A stretch of 64,000 nucleotides of DNA from Pseudomonadota bacterium. Lineage in GTDB: Bacteria > Pseudomonadota > Alphaproteobacteria > Paracaedibacterales > CAIOTO01. Both the position numbers and the translations under genes were made by a program. The notes beneath the pieces are model-generated. The model saw only the letters and a program-made list of their open reading frames with translations, made no database searches and was not told where the DNA came from. The stretch lies in NCBI GenBank assembly GCA_040389165.1, contig JAZKAK010000003.1, positions 12,931 through 76,930 of the forward strand. The letters are read 5' to 3'. Below, in pieces: positions 40,365 to 50,151 of this stretch (positions are counted from its first letter, which is position 1; each line of letters opens with the position of its first letter).

Positions 40365-42269
40365 TCACAACGCACCTTTCATTCGAATTCCCCCATAACA
40401 TGCAATCCCAGGCGCGGCAAAACCTTCTGGGTATTCATACTGACTATTACCAGCATTTTCCACGCGCGCAAAAAATTCAATTTTTGTATTCATTTTATAC
40501 GATCCCCAGAGGCGAAGAACTGTCGGCCCCTTTCGATAGATACGATTAAAAGCGATCGCATCGCAATCCGCACGTTTTCCGTAATGAACAACACCAATTC
40601 CTAGCAAGAGGGGTTCCGTGACCTGCCATAACATATGGGTCGTTAACTTATGCATGGGGCGACGCAGCAATTGTGTGTTCAATACGACATCTTTTGCATG
40701 CAAAAAAGTATATTCAAGACGAGCCGTTACTGGCGGCGCATCAGCTGCACCCAGTTTTATTTCAACAAAAGACTCAAACCCATACGTTTTCGCTTTCGAA
40801 ATATTCTTAAAGTTTGAGGTGGTCTCGGTTATTGGAACGCTGACGATTAAATCATCAAAATTCTGCTCAAAATAGGTTGTCCCAACACGCACTCGTTTTG
40901 GCACGATACTTTGTTCAACCCCGATGTCGAATCCTTTTGATTTTTCAGGATTCAGCAATGTGTTTCCACCGTTCGGCGCATACAGCTGATACAAACTTGG
41001 CGCACGAATGCCAGTGCTATAGCTCGCCAACAGTAGTGTGCGTGTGGCCGTGATTGTATAGTCTGTTTTTGCTTTGGTACTATAATAATGTTTAAACGCG
41101 GTATGATGATGCCAACGCGTCCAAAATTCTGCATTCCAAACCTTTGATGGCGAGACTTTGTGGCCTAACCCCGCTGTTTGCGCAATGGCTCTGTGGTCAC
41201 TTGGGTTTAAAAATTGTGTCTGTGCACGTTGTTCTTGCCGTTCATTAGTCAGATGCATCAATATACGGTACGTCTGTATGACATGTGCTTCATTTTTAAA
41301 ATAGAGCGTATCTGTTCGTCCTTTCGTCGTCTCAATTGGATCAAAAGGAGGCATCGCACTGGAATTTGTGCGTTCATTCATGACAACAGAATATCCCATT
41401 TTCTGTGAATAACGCGTTAAATCAGTTTCAATTTCTATACGATGATAATTACTTTTCACATCACCATGTCGCGCTGGGTTTATATAGGCAGGGAACGTCG
41501 ATGCGGAGCAATCATTTGCTTCTTGCACACGGTTCCACATATTGAGGCGCCAAACATCATTCAATTGCGTTCCTGTGCGTGCGACAAAACCAATTCGGTC
41601 CGATGGGTCGGCGCCATTTTGCCTGGGTATTGTTTGCAAGCGTACTGGCGTCGTGACTGATCCTCGGCTTGCATTTCGAATTAAACGCACATGATAATCT
41701 GCCGGCCCTGATTGCCCCTCGATCCCAGATTCAACGCTATAGGTATCGAAAGTGCCACCTTCCAGCCGCGTATCGACGACTGGCCTGCCATCAGTGCTAT
41801 TTTGTCCACGCCTCGTTTCGATAAGAATCGCTCCTGAAAGTGCATCGGTAGCGCCCTCTGCAACGGAAGCGCCGCGCAAAACAGTGACCGTCGAGGCCCC
41901 CTCGGTACCAAGCCCAGCAAAACTGAATATCCCCGTTGATGGATCATTTGCATAACAACCGTCAATGATTACGCTGGTGTGCGACGAATTTCCCCCACGT
42001 ATAAATACAGTCGTTACTTGACCTTGACTGCCTTGTTGCGCGACGTAGACACCGGGCACGTTCGCAATGGCATCGGCAAGCTGTTCATATTGATTGGTGT
42101 GAATATCTTTATCTGTGATGTTATTCGAAGATAGGGCGGGGATTGGTTTTTTTGCTGTAATCACAATAGGCGGCAAAAGAGTCGTCGCCAGGGCAGGGGC
42201 ATGACACACGCAAACAACAAACACACACGCAAAAAAGAGAGCGCTCATTTTAGGAATTATGGTAAACAT
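40365..42269 (-). CDS. TonB-dependent outer-membrane receptor
   Basis: 634 aa with a signal peptide, plug-domain strings (VYVAQQGSQGQVTTVFIRG, VTVLRG) and a long beta-barrel region. Confidence 0.87.
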   Translation of the reverse strand: MFTIIPKMSALFFACVFVVCVCHAPALATTLLPPIVITAKKPIPALSSNNITDKDIHTNQYEQLADAIANVPGVYVAQQGSQGQVTTVFIRGGNSSHTSVIIDGCYANDPSTGIFSFAGLGTEGASTVTVLRGASVAEGATDALSGAILIETRRGQNSTDGRPVVDTRLEGGTFDTYSVESGIEGQSGPADYHVRLIRNASRGSVTTPVRLQTIPRQNGADPSDRIGFVARTGTQLNDVWRLNMWNRVQEANDCSASTFPAYINPARHGDVKSNYHRIEIETDLTRYSQKMGYSVVMNERTNSSAMPPFDPIETTKGRTDTLYFKNEAHVIQTYRILMHLTNERQEQRAQTQFLNPSDHRAIAQTAGLGHKVSPSKVWNAEFWTRWHHHTAFKHYYSTKAKTDYTITATRTLLLASYSTGIRAPSLYQLYAPNGGNTLLNPEKSKGFDIGVEQSIVPKRVRVGTTYFEQNFDDLIVSVPITETTSNFKNISKAKTYGFESFVEIKLGAADAPPVTARLEYTFLHAKDVVLNTQLLRRPMHKLTTHMLWQVTEPLLLGIGVVHYGKRADCDAIAFNRIYRKGPTVLRLWGSYKMNTKIEFFARVENAGNSQYEYPEGFAAPGIACYGGIRMKGAL

Positions 42270-42583
42270 TCACGAGCTGGTTAAAATATCGATTTTATCG
42301 TCAAACTTACCATGTCTGCTGTGCCTATTTCAATTTTTCTTTCTTTAGCCTTATACCATCAAAAGCCTTATACCATCAAAAATGAAAATACGTATTGACT
42401 AAGGATCACCCATCATCACGCGTGTGCGAAACAAGCGTGGTGATCTCGTGACTGTTTCTCTGGATTGCCGCGGAAGGATGTTCCTTGCAATGAGGAGAGC
42501 GCACCTGTTGATATCAGGTATCTTCATGTTAAATGAGCATCGGTCATTGTTGGGTGATCATAAAAATACTCAACTTTTGTGTT

Positions 42584-43540
42584 TTATCGTAATTTAGCAA
42601 CAATATTTAAGGTAAAATCTGACGCTTCTTCCAAAGCATCACTAATTGATTCAAAATGTTTTTCTTTTTTAGCGGATGAATAAAACATATGCATTGGTTT
42701 CAAGCCATTTGACAGCATCATGCGCTTAATTGTTTCTTTATCCCCTAAAAATAAAACTTTTTTATCATCAATATCTTGATAGGCAAAAGGAATATCAGTT
42801 AACATTTCTGCAAATTCATACGTGAACGTAAGCCTGTCATCTAATGGATCATTTGATGTTCCATATACATAACCAGGGTAGTTTACATCTCTTTGAATAA
42901 GAGCATTTTTATAGCATTCCATAAATTGCAGATCCGCTTTAACAGAGGCAATCATCGAAACCATTGAAAAATACAAAACACCATTTTCTGTTAAACAATT
43001 TCGAATATTGCAGAATGCTGCATTTAGTTCGCTCGGTGTCATAAAATGTGCAACGTTGAAAAAACTAATACGATCAAAATTATATGCACGTTCAAAGAAA
43101 AATTGTTTCCCGAAATCTGTGTGCACAAATTGTATACGGCGAAATTGTTGCTCACCTGAAATTATGAGTCGTCTTTGTTCTTCTGCTGCAGAATTTAAAG
43201 CTAATTCATTAAAGTCAATTGCCACGATAGTACTATCAGACTTTTCAGCACACAATTGAAATGACAATGCCCCCATTGCACAGCCGATTTCTAAAACACG
43301 GTCAGCATTTTGAACATTCTTTGAAAAATAGGACATCATTGGCGTATCCCAATACCTGCGGCATGCACCAACATGCATCCCCGGTTCACACGGCACAAAC
43401 ACTAATTGCTTTTGCTGCTCTGTCAATGTTTTAAAAGGAAACAAAGCACGCACGGATTCACTATTTATTGTGTCTGCAGCTTTAAGGTTTTCAACACCAA
43501 AAAACAAACAACACAAAACAATCACGTATCTAACATTCAT
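42584..43540 (-). CDS. Class I SAM-dependent methyltransferase with Sec signal peptide
   Basis: 318 aa with signal MNVRYVIVLCCLFFGVENLKA. Motif I is VLEIGCAMG, post-I is AIDFN, and motifs II/III are FDRISFFNVAHFM / NGVLYF. Confidence 0.7.
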   Translation of the reverse strand: MNVRYVIVLCCLFFGVENLKAADTINSESVRALFPFKTLTEQQKQLVFVPCEPGMHVGACRRYWDTPMMSYFSKNVQNADRVLEIGCAMGALSFQLCAEKSDSTIVAIDFNELALNSAAEEQRRLIISGEQQFRRIQFVHTDFGKQFFFERAYNFDRISFFNVAHFMTPSELNAAFCNIRNCLTENGVLYFSMVSMIASVKADLQFMECYKNALIQRDVNYPGYVYGTSNDPLDDRLTFTYEFAEMLTDIPFAYQDIDDKKVLFLGDKETIKRMMLSNGLKPMHMFYSSAKKEKHFESISDALEEASDFTLNIVAKLR

Positions 43541-43754
43541 TTTAAACAGCTCATCCGTAAAGCATTAAGTTAATTAGGTGTACCCATAATGTATGAATAC
43601 GTCAATTAATTTAATACTGAACGGCGGCTCTCATGCAAAAGGAGTGAGTCAAAAGGAGTGAGTTACGCAGTGTGCACGTTTTTGAAAGGCTAGATTTCTC
43701 CGGGTGTATTTACTAGGACTCTTTTTGTGTATTCACCGTCCACAGTCTATCCGC

Positions 43755-43888
43755 CGTCATCTTCGTGCTCCTACATTGTCATCTTCGGACTCCTACATTG
43801 TCATCTTCGGACTCCCCTTTTTGTCATCTTCGGACTTCCACATTGTCATCCTAGGACCCCCACATTGTCATCCTCGGACTCCCCTTTT
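43755..43888. repeat. Array of six 22-23-bp RE-C half-sites
   Basis: (TGTCATC(T/C)TCGGACTCC + 6-7 nt) x6, directly abutting the full RE-C copy at 43889. Confidence 0.8.
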
Positions 43889-44017
43889 TGTCATCCTCGG
43901 ACTTGATCCGAGGATCTATAAAGTTTCAAAGGCAAACAGCTGATGACTTTACAACTTCACGACAATGCATCTTTGCTTCCACATGTAGAGATCTTCGGAT
44001 CGAGTCCGAAGATGACA
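43889..44017 (-). repeat. RE-C copy (129 bp)
   Basis: TGTCATCCTCGGACTTGATCCGAGGATCTATAAAG...CACATGTAGAGATCTTCGGATCGAGTCCGAAGATGACA. Confidence 0.8.
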
Positions 44018-44112
44018 GTTTAACAGTTTGACAGTTTAACAGTTTAACAGTCCGAGGATGCAATTTGACAGTCCGAGGATGACAATGCAAAAAAGGACGC
44101 CCGCTCAATTCG

Positions 44113-45384
44113 TTAAGCGGTATTTCCGCATTCACGCTCACGTTCCCAAAAATAATTAACACTCCACAGGAATCCAATTGTTATGGGAACAAACAAAAGC
44201 CATAGACCATAATGCCCAAAGAAGCTTGTTATATAGACCAATCCAAAGGATGTGATGATATACATTATAGATCGCGAGAGTGCATATAAAAAGCTGGTTG
44301 CTGTGACTCGTTTTAACACGGGTAAATAGGTAATAAGAATTGATCCAGCGGGTATCTCGCCCAAGCTAAAAATTGTGAGCAAAGCTTGAATCATAAAGAG
44401 ATGCGCAGGGCTGCTTGCGTGGGAAATAAGAAAAGGCAGAAATGGCAACAGAACAAGCAAAATTCTTCCACGTATCATCAGTAATTTAAGAGGATATATA
44501 CGATAACTAAGAAAAGTCAAAACAGCACTTGATGCACACAGAACAATAGACAGGTAAAAATTATGATGAATAACATCTGCCGATGAATAGCCAAAATTCG
44601 CTTTCAACAGTGGATTAAAATACATAAAAACGATGTAAAAAGAAAGTGGCCACCCACAAAAGACTAAAAAGAAATTCAAAACTGTCTTTTTATCAATTTT
44701 TTCATCGACAAACGTTGTTTTATTTTTTTTATGTTGCTCACGTTGGGATTTTTTATCCAGAAAATCAGGCGTTTCACGCAACCGTGTTCGCGCAATAGAG
44801 CCAACGACCGCAATGCACGCCCCAACCCAAAATGCCATGCGCCAATTAAAACCAGCCGTTGTCACAAGTGATGCAATACCAAGGGCCGCAAAAGCGCCTA
44901 CACCAGAGGCAAGGCTAATAAATGCGACAGCTGGATATTGCACAGGTGGTTTTGTGATCTCTGTCACATACACCATTGCGCCCATGATTTCCCCCATCGA
45001 TGATAACCCCTGCACGACACGGCATAACGTTATAATCCACGTCGCTGTGATCCCGATTTGCGCATATACCGGAAGATTTGCCATAATAACACACGATATT
45101 GACATCATCATGGTTGTAACAATAACCGTTGATTTTCGGCCAATATGATCGCCTATGTACCCAAAGATGAGCGCCCCGAAAGGCCGCAAAACAAACGAGG
45201 AACAAAAGGCGAAAGCACCAAGCAAAGCAGTCGTATGAGGATCTGTTTGCGGAAAAAACAACTCATTGAGCAAGACCGCCATATGCACGTAGAGCATTAA
45301 ATCAAAATATTCAAGGAAGGTGCCAAGTTGCAAAAGGCCGACAGCCTCTTTTTGTTGACGATTTAAAGACGACATTATTCCCAT
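44113..45384 (-). CDS. MFS transporter, metabolite:H+ symporter (ProP/KgtP-like) family
   Basis: 423 aa, 12 TM, with the signature GALIFGYIGDHIGRK. Confidence 0.85.
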   Translation of the reverse strand: MGIMSSLNRQQKEAVGLLQLGTFLEYFDLMLYVHMAVLLNELFFPQTDPHTTALLGAFAFCSSFVLRPFGALIFGYIGDHIGRKSTVIVTTMMMSISCVIMANLPVYAQIGITATWIITLCRVVQGLSSMGEIMGAMVYVTEITKPPVQYPAVAFISLASGVGAFAALGIASLVTTAGFNWRMAFWVGACIAVVGSIARTRLRETPDFLDKKSQREQHKKNKTTFVDEKIDKKTVLNFFLVFCGWPLSFYIVFMYFNPLLKANFGYSSADVIHHNFYLSIVLCASSAVLTFLSYRIYPLKLLMIRGRILLVLLPFLPFLISHASSPAHLFMIQALLTIFSLGEIPAGSILITYLPVLKRVTATSFLYALSRSIMYIITSFGLVYITSFFGHYGLWLLFVPITIGFLWSVNYFWERERECGNTA

Positions 45385-45565
45385 TTTTATAAATCACCTA
45401 GTTAGAACTATAGCTCCATATGTGGTCTATTTTACGTAAAATGCGAGTTGAAAAGAGATAGGAAATCCGTATAGAAACGGCATGCAAGAATCCTGTACAT
45501 TGATCCGAAGATGACAAATGTGCATTGATCCGAGGATGACAAAGGTGCAAAACGTGAGCGCTGCG

Positions 45566-46807
45566 TTACCCAATTTCAAGCACAAGATGCTTTTTCTTTC
45601 CTGATGAAATCTTAACGCGTCCATCCACATTGAAATCCGTGGTTTCCAGCATTGCTTTAATATCACTGACAACGTGATTATTTACACGCACAGCACCGCC
45701 TTGGATCAAGCGTTTTGCTTCGCCTTTGCTGGCGGTTAGGGTGTAGCGCACAAATAAATCGTCGATCGCCATTGGCAGGTCAGCCGCCGAGATCGGCTCT
45801 GCTGGCAGGGTTGATATATCACCATTTGCCGCTTCAAATAATTGCTTCGTCTTTTCATGAATCGCCGATAATTCATGTGATCCGTGCGCAAGTGTTGTGG
45901 CTTCATCGGCTAGAATCTTTTTGGCTTCGTTCAATTCAGCATCTTTGAGGACTTCGAGCTTTGCAATTTCAGAAAGCGGCAGCTCTGTGAAGATACGCAA
46001 GAAACGCCCCACATCAGCATCACTCACGTTGCGCCAATATTGCCAGAAATCATATGGGCTGAGCATGTCGGCATTTAGCCAGACAGCACCGCCTTCGGTT
46101 TTGCCCATTTTAGCGCCGCTTGCCGTTGTCAGCAGAGGCGCCGTTAAGCCGTAGACTGTTTTGTTGGCCGCACGCCGGCTGAGTTCAACGCCATTAATGA
46201 TGTTACCCCATTGATCGGATCCCGCCATTTGCAGCGTGCAATTCGTTGTTTTGCTGAGATGCAGGAAATCATACGCCTGCATGATCATGTAGTTAAATTC
46301 AAGCAAGTTTAGCGGTTGTTCACGTTCGAGCCGGGTTCGCACACTGTCAAGGGTAAGCATGCGATTGACTGAAAAGTGTGGTCCAAAATCACGTAGAAAT
46401 TCAATGTAATTGAGCTTGGATAGCCAGTCGTTGTTATTTACTAAGGTGGCTGCCGATGGGCTGAAATCGATATAACGTTCGAATACGGAAGCGAGGCTGC
46501 TAATATTTTCATTAACTGTTTCGGTTGTCAACAACGGGCGCTGGCTGTCTTTACCTGTTGGGTCGCCAATCAAACTGGTCGCGCCCCCCATCAACACAAT
46601 TGGTTTGTGTCCATGCTTTTGCAGCAAACGAAGCCACATAATTGGCATCAAATGTCCCACATGAAGGCTGGGCCCTGTTGGATCAAACCCTGTATACGCC
46701 GTAATTGTGCCCGCCGACAGCGCCGCGTCAAGACCGTCAAGATCAGTACATTGATGGATAAAACCACGTGCTTTTGATTCGTTTAGAAAATCGGATTTGA
46801 ATGACAT
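45566..46807 (-). CDS. tyrS: Tyrosine--tRNA ligase
   Basis: 413 aa with HIGH-type HVGH, KMSKS-type KMGKT and a C-terminal S4-like domain. Confidence 0.95.
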   Translation of the reverse strand: MSFKSDFLNESKARGFIHQCTDLDGLDAALSAGTITAYTGFDPTGPSLHVGHLMPIMWLRLLQKHGHKPIVLMGGATSLIGDPTGKDSQRPLLTTETVNENISSLASVFERYIDFSPSAATLVNNNDWLSKLNYIEFLRDFGPHFSVNRMLTLDSVRTRLEREQPLNLLEFNYMIMQAYDFLHLSKTTNCTLQMAGSDQWGNIINGVELSRRAANKTVYGLTAPLLTTASGAKMGKTEGGAVWLNADMLSPYDFWQYWRNVSDADVGRFLRIFTELPLSEIAKLEVLKDAELNEAKKILADEATTLAHGSHELSAIHEKTKQLFEAANGDISTLPAEPISAADLPMAIDDLFVRYTLTASKGEAKRLIQGGAVRVNNHVVSDIKAMLETTDFNVDGRVKISSGKKKHLVLEIG

Positions 46808-46830
46808 GCGTTACGCTTTCGTTTGACTTT

Positions 46831-46955
46831 GTACCATTTTCACTAACTTTCAATTAGTGCAGTCCTCTGCAATATCTCTGTTGCTCATGTACAAGTGTAC
46901 ACTGCGCACCTCGAATTTTGATGTCTTACTACTCAAAACTTTTTGAAAACGGTAT
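46831..46955 (-). repeat. RE-A copy
   Basis: Near-identical to 10522..10646. It starts 24 bp upstream of the tyrS start codon. Confidence 0.85.
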
Positions 46956-47169
46956 TATTTATTGCAAGATAGTTAATTTTTATCACAAACGAGCGTTAAA
47001 TTCAGCAAGATTCGGGCGGCAAGTGATCAATTTTTGTTAACAAACAGCAACGCAGATAATTTTATCGCTCAGCTTAGTGAAATTGAAAAATCATTTTTAA
47101 TTAAATTGACAATCTTAATTTAGCAATTATATAGTCAGTCATAAATAATTCATTACACGGATAAAACGA

Positions 47170-47625
47170 ATGAAAATTTTACAAAAAAACAGAATAACAC
47201 CTTTCTTTTTAATGGCAGCGTTGAGCATGCCGTTTGCGACGCATTCGTATGGGATGAATAGCAAGGCTGGCGGCGGCGGTGCTGGTGTGGAAGAAGGAAC
47301 TTCATCATCATCTTCATCTTCATTTTCATTTCACATGCCTTCTGGATATGTCGTGCCCGCAGGGTCTGACGCGATATACGCAAGTCGCCCTATCGTCGAT
47401 TTGCTAGAGACGGAAAAAAGCAAAATTCAGGCCAGAATTGCTGCGTTGGATAAGCCAGTGGTCACAGATAGCCAATCACTTGCCGCAGTGAAGTTAATGG
47501 TAACTAAAAAAGAATCAAAGGCCTTACAAGAAGAAATCAACGAAATTAGTGAACTTAGTCATTTTTTTAGCGTTTCTGAACTGGCTTTGACTACACTTTA
47601 TTCCCTAAAGGATCTAATTATATAA
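47170..47625 (+). CDS. Hypothetical secreted protein (upstream half of a same-frame pair)
   Basis: 151 aa with a signal-like N-terminus, a G/S-rich tract and a short coiled coil. Confidence 0.45.
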   Translation: MKILQKNRITPFFLMAALSMPFATHSYGMNSKAGGGGAGVEEGTSSSSSSSFSFHMPSGYVVPAGSDAIYASRPIVDLLETEKSKIQARIAALDKPVVTDSQSLAAVKLMVTKKESKALQEEINEISELSHFFSVSELALTTLYSLKDLII

Positions 47626-47631
47626 GAGGCA

Positions 47632-48144
47632 ATGTTGACTCCAGCTGTTGCACAGTATAATCATGGATATATAGCGCCTAAGGCAGATTTTGCCAAAAAC
47701 ACACCTGCTTTAGCGTTCACCGCAGGTATAAAGCCCATAACCAATGGTAATGTCGTCTTTTTGGATGCACAAAATTTCCACTTGTATTTACCAGACGGCG
47801 TGAACCACGAGGCGATTACTGGCCACTTAAGAGGAACGATCGATCGCGTTGGTGCACACCAAGTACTGCTGAATCAATGGTTTTTAAATTTACCAGCTAT
47901 GTGGCAGAAATCCTTTACTGATCTTCGATACGCTAAGTGCGAACAGCGGATGTTTTTGGATCTACCATGCACTCCTGCTGTTACAGCCCCAACTGAGTCT
48001 ACGTGCATTCTTACTCTTGCTGGATTAACAGAAACCGAAGAAAAGGTGCAAGGGAAAGAAACAATTCACGCTGCGATGGAAAAAATCAAAGCGTTTGTTG
48101 ATGAAACATTGGAATATTTACGTAAGAATTCTAAGGTTTCTTAA
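47632..48144 (+). CDS. Hypothetical protein (downstream half of a same-frame pair)
   Basis: 170 aa. The ATG lies 6 nt after the upstream TAA, and AAGAGG overlapping that TAA serves as the RBS. It is in the same frame as 47170..47625. Confidence 0.45.
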   Translation: MLTPAVAQYNHGYIAPKADFAKNTPALAFTAGIKPITNGNVVFLDAQNFHLYLPDGVNHEAITGHLRGTIDRVGAHQVLLNQWFLNLPAMWQKSFTDLRYAKCEQRMFLDLPCTPAVTAPTESTCILTLAGLTETEEKVQGKETIHAAMEKIKAFVDETLEYLRKNSKVS

Positions 48145-48228
48145 GATCCCTTTTTGTGTATTCACCGGGTCATGACCCGGTGATGGTAATCGTTCTGAAA
48201 TTATACTGCCAACTCTTTTCTAACCTCT

Positions 48229-48288
48229 TGTCATTCCCGCCTCTTCTTTGTCATTCCCGCCTCTTCTTTGTCATTCCCGCCTCTTCTT
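48229..48288. repeat. 3x 20-bp tandem (TGTCATTCCCGCCTCTTCTT) abutting RE-C
   Basis: Three perfect units end at the RE-C left terminus. Confidence 0.85.
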
Positions 48289-48417
48289 TGTCATCTTCGG
48301 ACTCGATCCGAAGATCTCTACATGTGGAAGCAAATATGCATTGTCGTGAAGTTGTAAAGTCATCACCTGTTTGCCTTTGAACCTTTATAGATCCTCGGAT
48401 CAAGTCCGAGGATGACA
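48289..48417 (+). repeat. RE-C copy (129 bp)
   Basis: Reverse orientation of 43889..44017, with a near-identical interior (…GAAGCAAATATGCATTGTCGTGAAGTTGTAAAGTCATCA…). Confidence 0.8.
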
Positions 48418-48589
48418 ATGTGGGAGTCCGAGGATGACAAAAAGGGGAGTCCGAGGATGACAAAAAGAGGCCGGAATGATAAGAAGTTGCAGGGATGATA
48501 AGAAGTTGCGGGGATGGCCACGACCTTTGGACTCACCATGACGGTAGCTAATCTGAAGCCAATAAAAACGAACATAAAAAACAGGCAAC

Positions 48590-49927
48590 ATGAACGAACG
48601 TACATATACAGCACTTAAATCTATTTTCTCGTTTGAGACATTCTTTGTCTTATTTTTGTTTTCTCCCCAATTTAAAAGCGCATATCCTTTTTCCTTAGCG
48701 CCAAATCTTTCCCTTTTACTGGCCATCATTCTGCTTGCATGGTTTGTCATTCTTTATCGAAAATGCCCTGAAATTAACGTATTAACCCTTGAAACATCGG
48801 CATTCTTAGTGTTTAGCGGATGGTGTCTCGTGAGTTCATTTTGGGTTGATCGAACCACGTACTCAATCAGCAAAGCGTTGTGTTTTGGCGTTTACACAGT
48901 CCCGGCATTCTTTATGGCTTATTGTATAATTGGTACCAATCAACACAGACTAAAACGATTTTTGTATGCCATAGGTATTCTTTCCTTTTGGGTACACTTA
49001 GCCTCGTATAAAGATCTTATCCTGTCCCATTGGCACCGAGTGGATGTGCTGGGGGCTAATTATTTAGTGACGGGTCAGACGCTAGGCTTTGGCTTTATTT
49101 GCCTTTGTCTTTTATCTTTTTTCCTATTGAAAGAGTGCGAAAAGCAAGGGAACGAAGGGCAAGAGTGCGAAAAGCAAGGGAGCGAAGAGGGCGCGATCGC
49201 TGAGAAAAAAGCACTGCGGCAACGGTTCGTATTTTGGCTGCTCATGCTCGTGTGTGGAAGCACTGCGACCATTCAGCTGCATTTAGGGGGCAGGGGGCCT
49301 GTACTCGGGTTACTGTTAACGCTTATGTATTTTTATATCTATGGAGCGCGGCATGGAAATGCACGGCTTTGTGGCAAGCATTTCTTTACTGTTAGTTTGA
49401 CGTGTTTCTTAAGTTATTTCTTCGTTAGTTGGCTTTTCGATACGCAAACATGTTCTTTTGTGTCACGTGCCAGCAGAATCATTTTCCCCCAGGAAATAGC
49501 GCCCAATACATTTGCAATGGATGAATCATTAGGACTACGACTTGAATATTATGAATCAGCACTCGCGCTCTTTTTAAAGCACCCGCTACTGGGAGTAGGC
49601 TTTGGTGGATGGGCACACCTGCATGACACCCTTTATCACTATGTACCCGAGCCACACGATTTAAGAGACGTCTTTTGGCGTCATCCACATAATATTGGCC
49701 TGGAAGTGCTTGTTGAAACAGGCTTAGTTGGTAGCTTGCTGGGGATATGGTGCGGGGCGCTTGTTTTCAGGAAGATTGTCTTTAAACGACTTATCCATTC
49801 TTTTTTAGACGCAGCGCCCATTCTATTGCTCATCTTTAGTTTTTTTAATGCGCTAAAATCAGGAGACTTAAATGATAATATCTTGTTTTTTGTGATGGCT
49901 GGCATTATTGCTGCAAAGAAAAAATAG
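48590..49927 (+). CDS. O-antigen ligase (Wzy_C)-family membrane protein
   Basis: 445 aa, polytopic, with the family loop motif HPHNIGLEVLVETGLVG. An internal 30-bp x2 repeat encodes ECEKQG(N/S)E. Confidence 0.7.
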   Translation: MNERTYTALKSIFSFETFFVLFLFSPQFKSAYPFSLAPNLSLLLAIILLAWFVILYRKCPEINVLTLETSAFLVFSGWCLVSSFWVDRTTYSISKALCFGVYTVPAFFMAYCIIGTNQHRLKRFLYAIGILSFWVHLASYKDLILSHWHRVDVLGANYLVTGQTLGFGFICLCLLSFFLLKECEKQGNEGQECEKQGSEEGAIAEKKALRQRFVFWLLMLVCGSTATIQLHLGGRGPVLGLLLTLMYFYIYGARHGNARLCGKHFFTVSLTCFLSYFFVSWLFDTQTCSFVSRASRIIFPQEIAPNTFAMDESLGLRLEYYESALALFLKHPLLGVGFGGWAHLHDTLYHYVPEPHDLRDVFWRHPHNIGLEVLVETGLVGSLLGIWCGALVFRKIVFKRLIHSFLDAAPILLLIFSFFNALKSGDLNDNILFFVMAGIIAAKKK

Positions 49928-49955
49928 ATAAACGAAAACCATACCACCGTCACTT

Positions 49956-50064
49956 CGTCATCTTCGGACTCGATCCGAAGATCTCTACACGTGGAAGCGT
50001 ATGAAATCATCAGCTATTTGCCTTTGAAACTTTATAGATCTTCGGATCGAGTCCGAAGATGACA
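49956..50064 (+). repeat. RE-C copy with an internal deletion (109 bp)
   Basis: Same termini and same orientation as 48289..48417. Together the two copies bracket the O-antigen-ligase-family gene. Confidence 0.75.
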
Positions 50065-50151
50065 CCCAAGGGGACGTAGGAGAGAGTGGGCTTAAAAATG
50101 ACGAGAGCGATAAAAAAAGAGAGATACTCTCTTAATCCGCGAAAGAGCCAG

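Noticed and set aside
42270-42583. Possible cobalamin/TPP riboswitch or Fur box upstream of the TonB-dependent receptor.
   Set aside because: I found no B12-box-like or other conserved riboswitch core, and no convincing Fur-box dyad. The spacer is made of a 17-bp x2 tandem (42347-42380) and an RE-E-type palindrome. A covariance-model scan (Rfam) would be decisive.
43755-43888. CRISPR-like regular spacing of repeats. The same question applies to 10380-10482, 48229-48288 and 52878-52995.
   Set aside because: The period is only 20-23 bp, with 6-7-nt near-identical 'spacers'. There are no unique spacers, no leader and no cas genes. The units are half-sites of the adjacent MITE termini.
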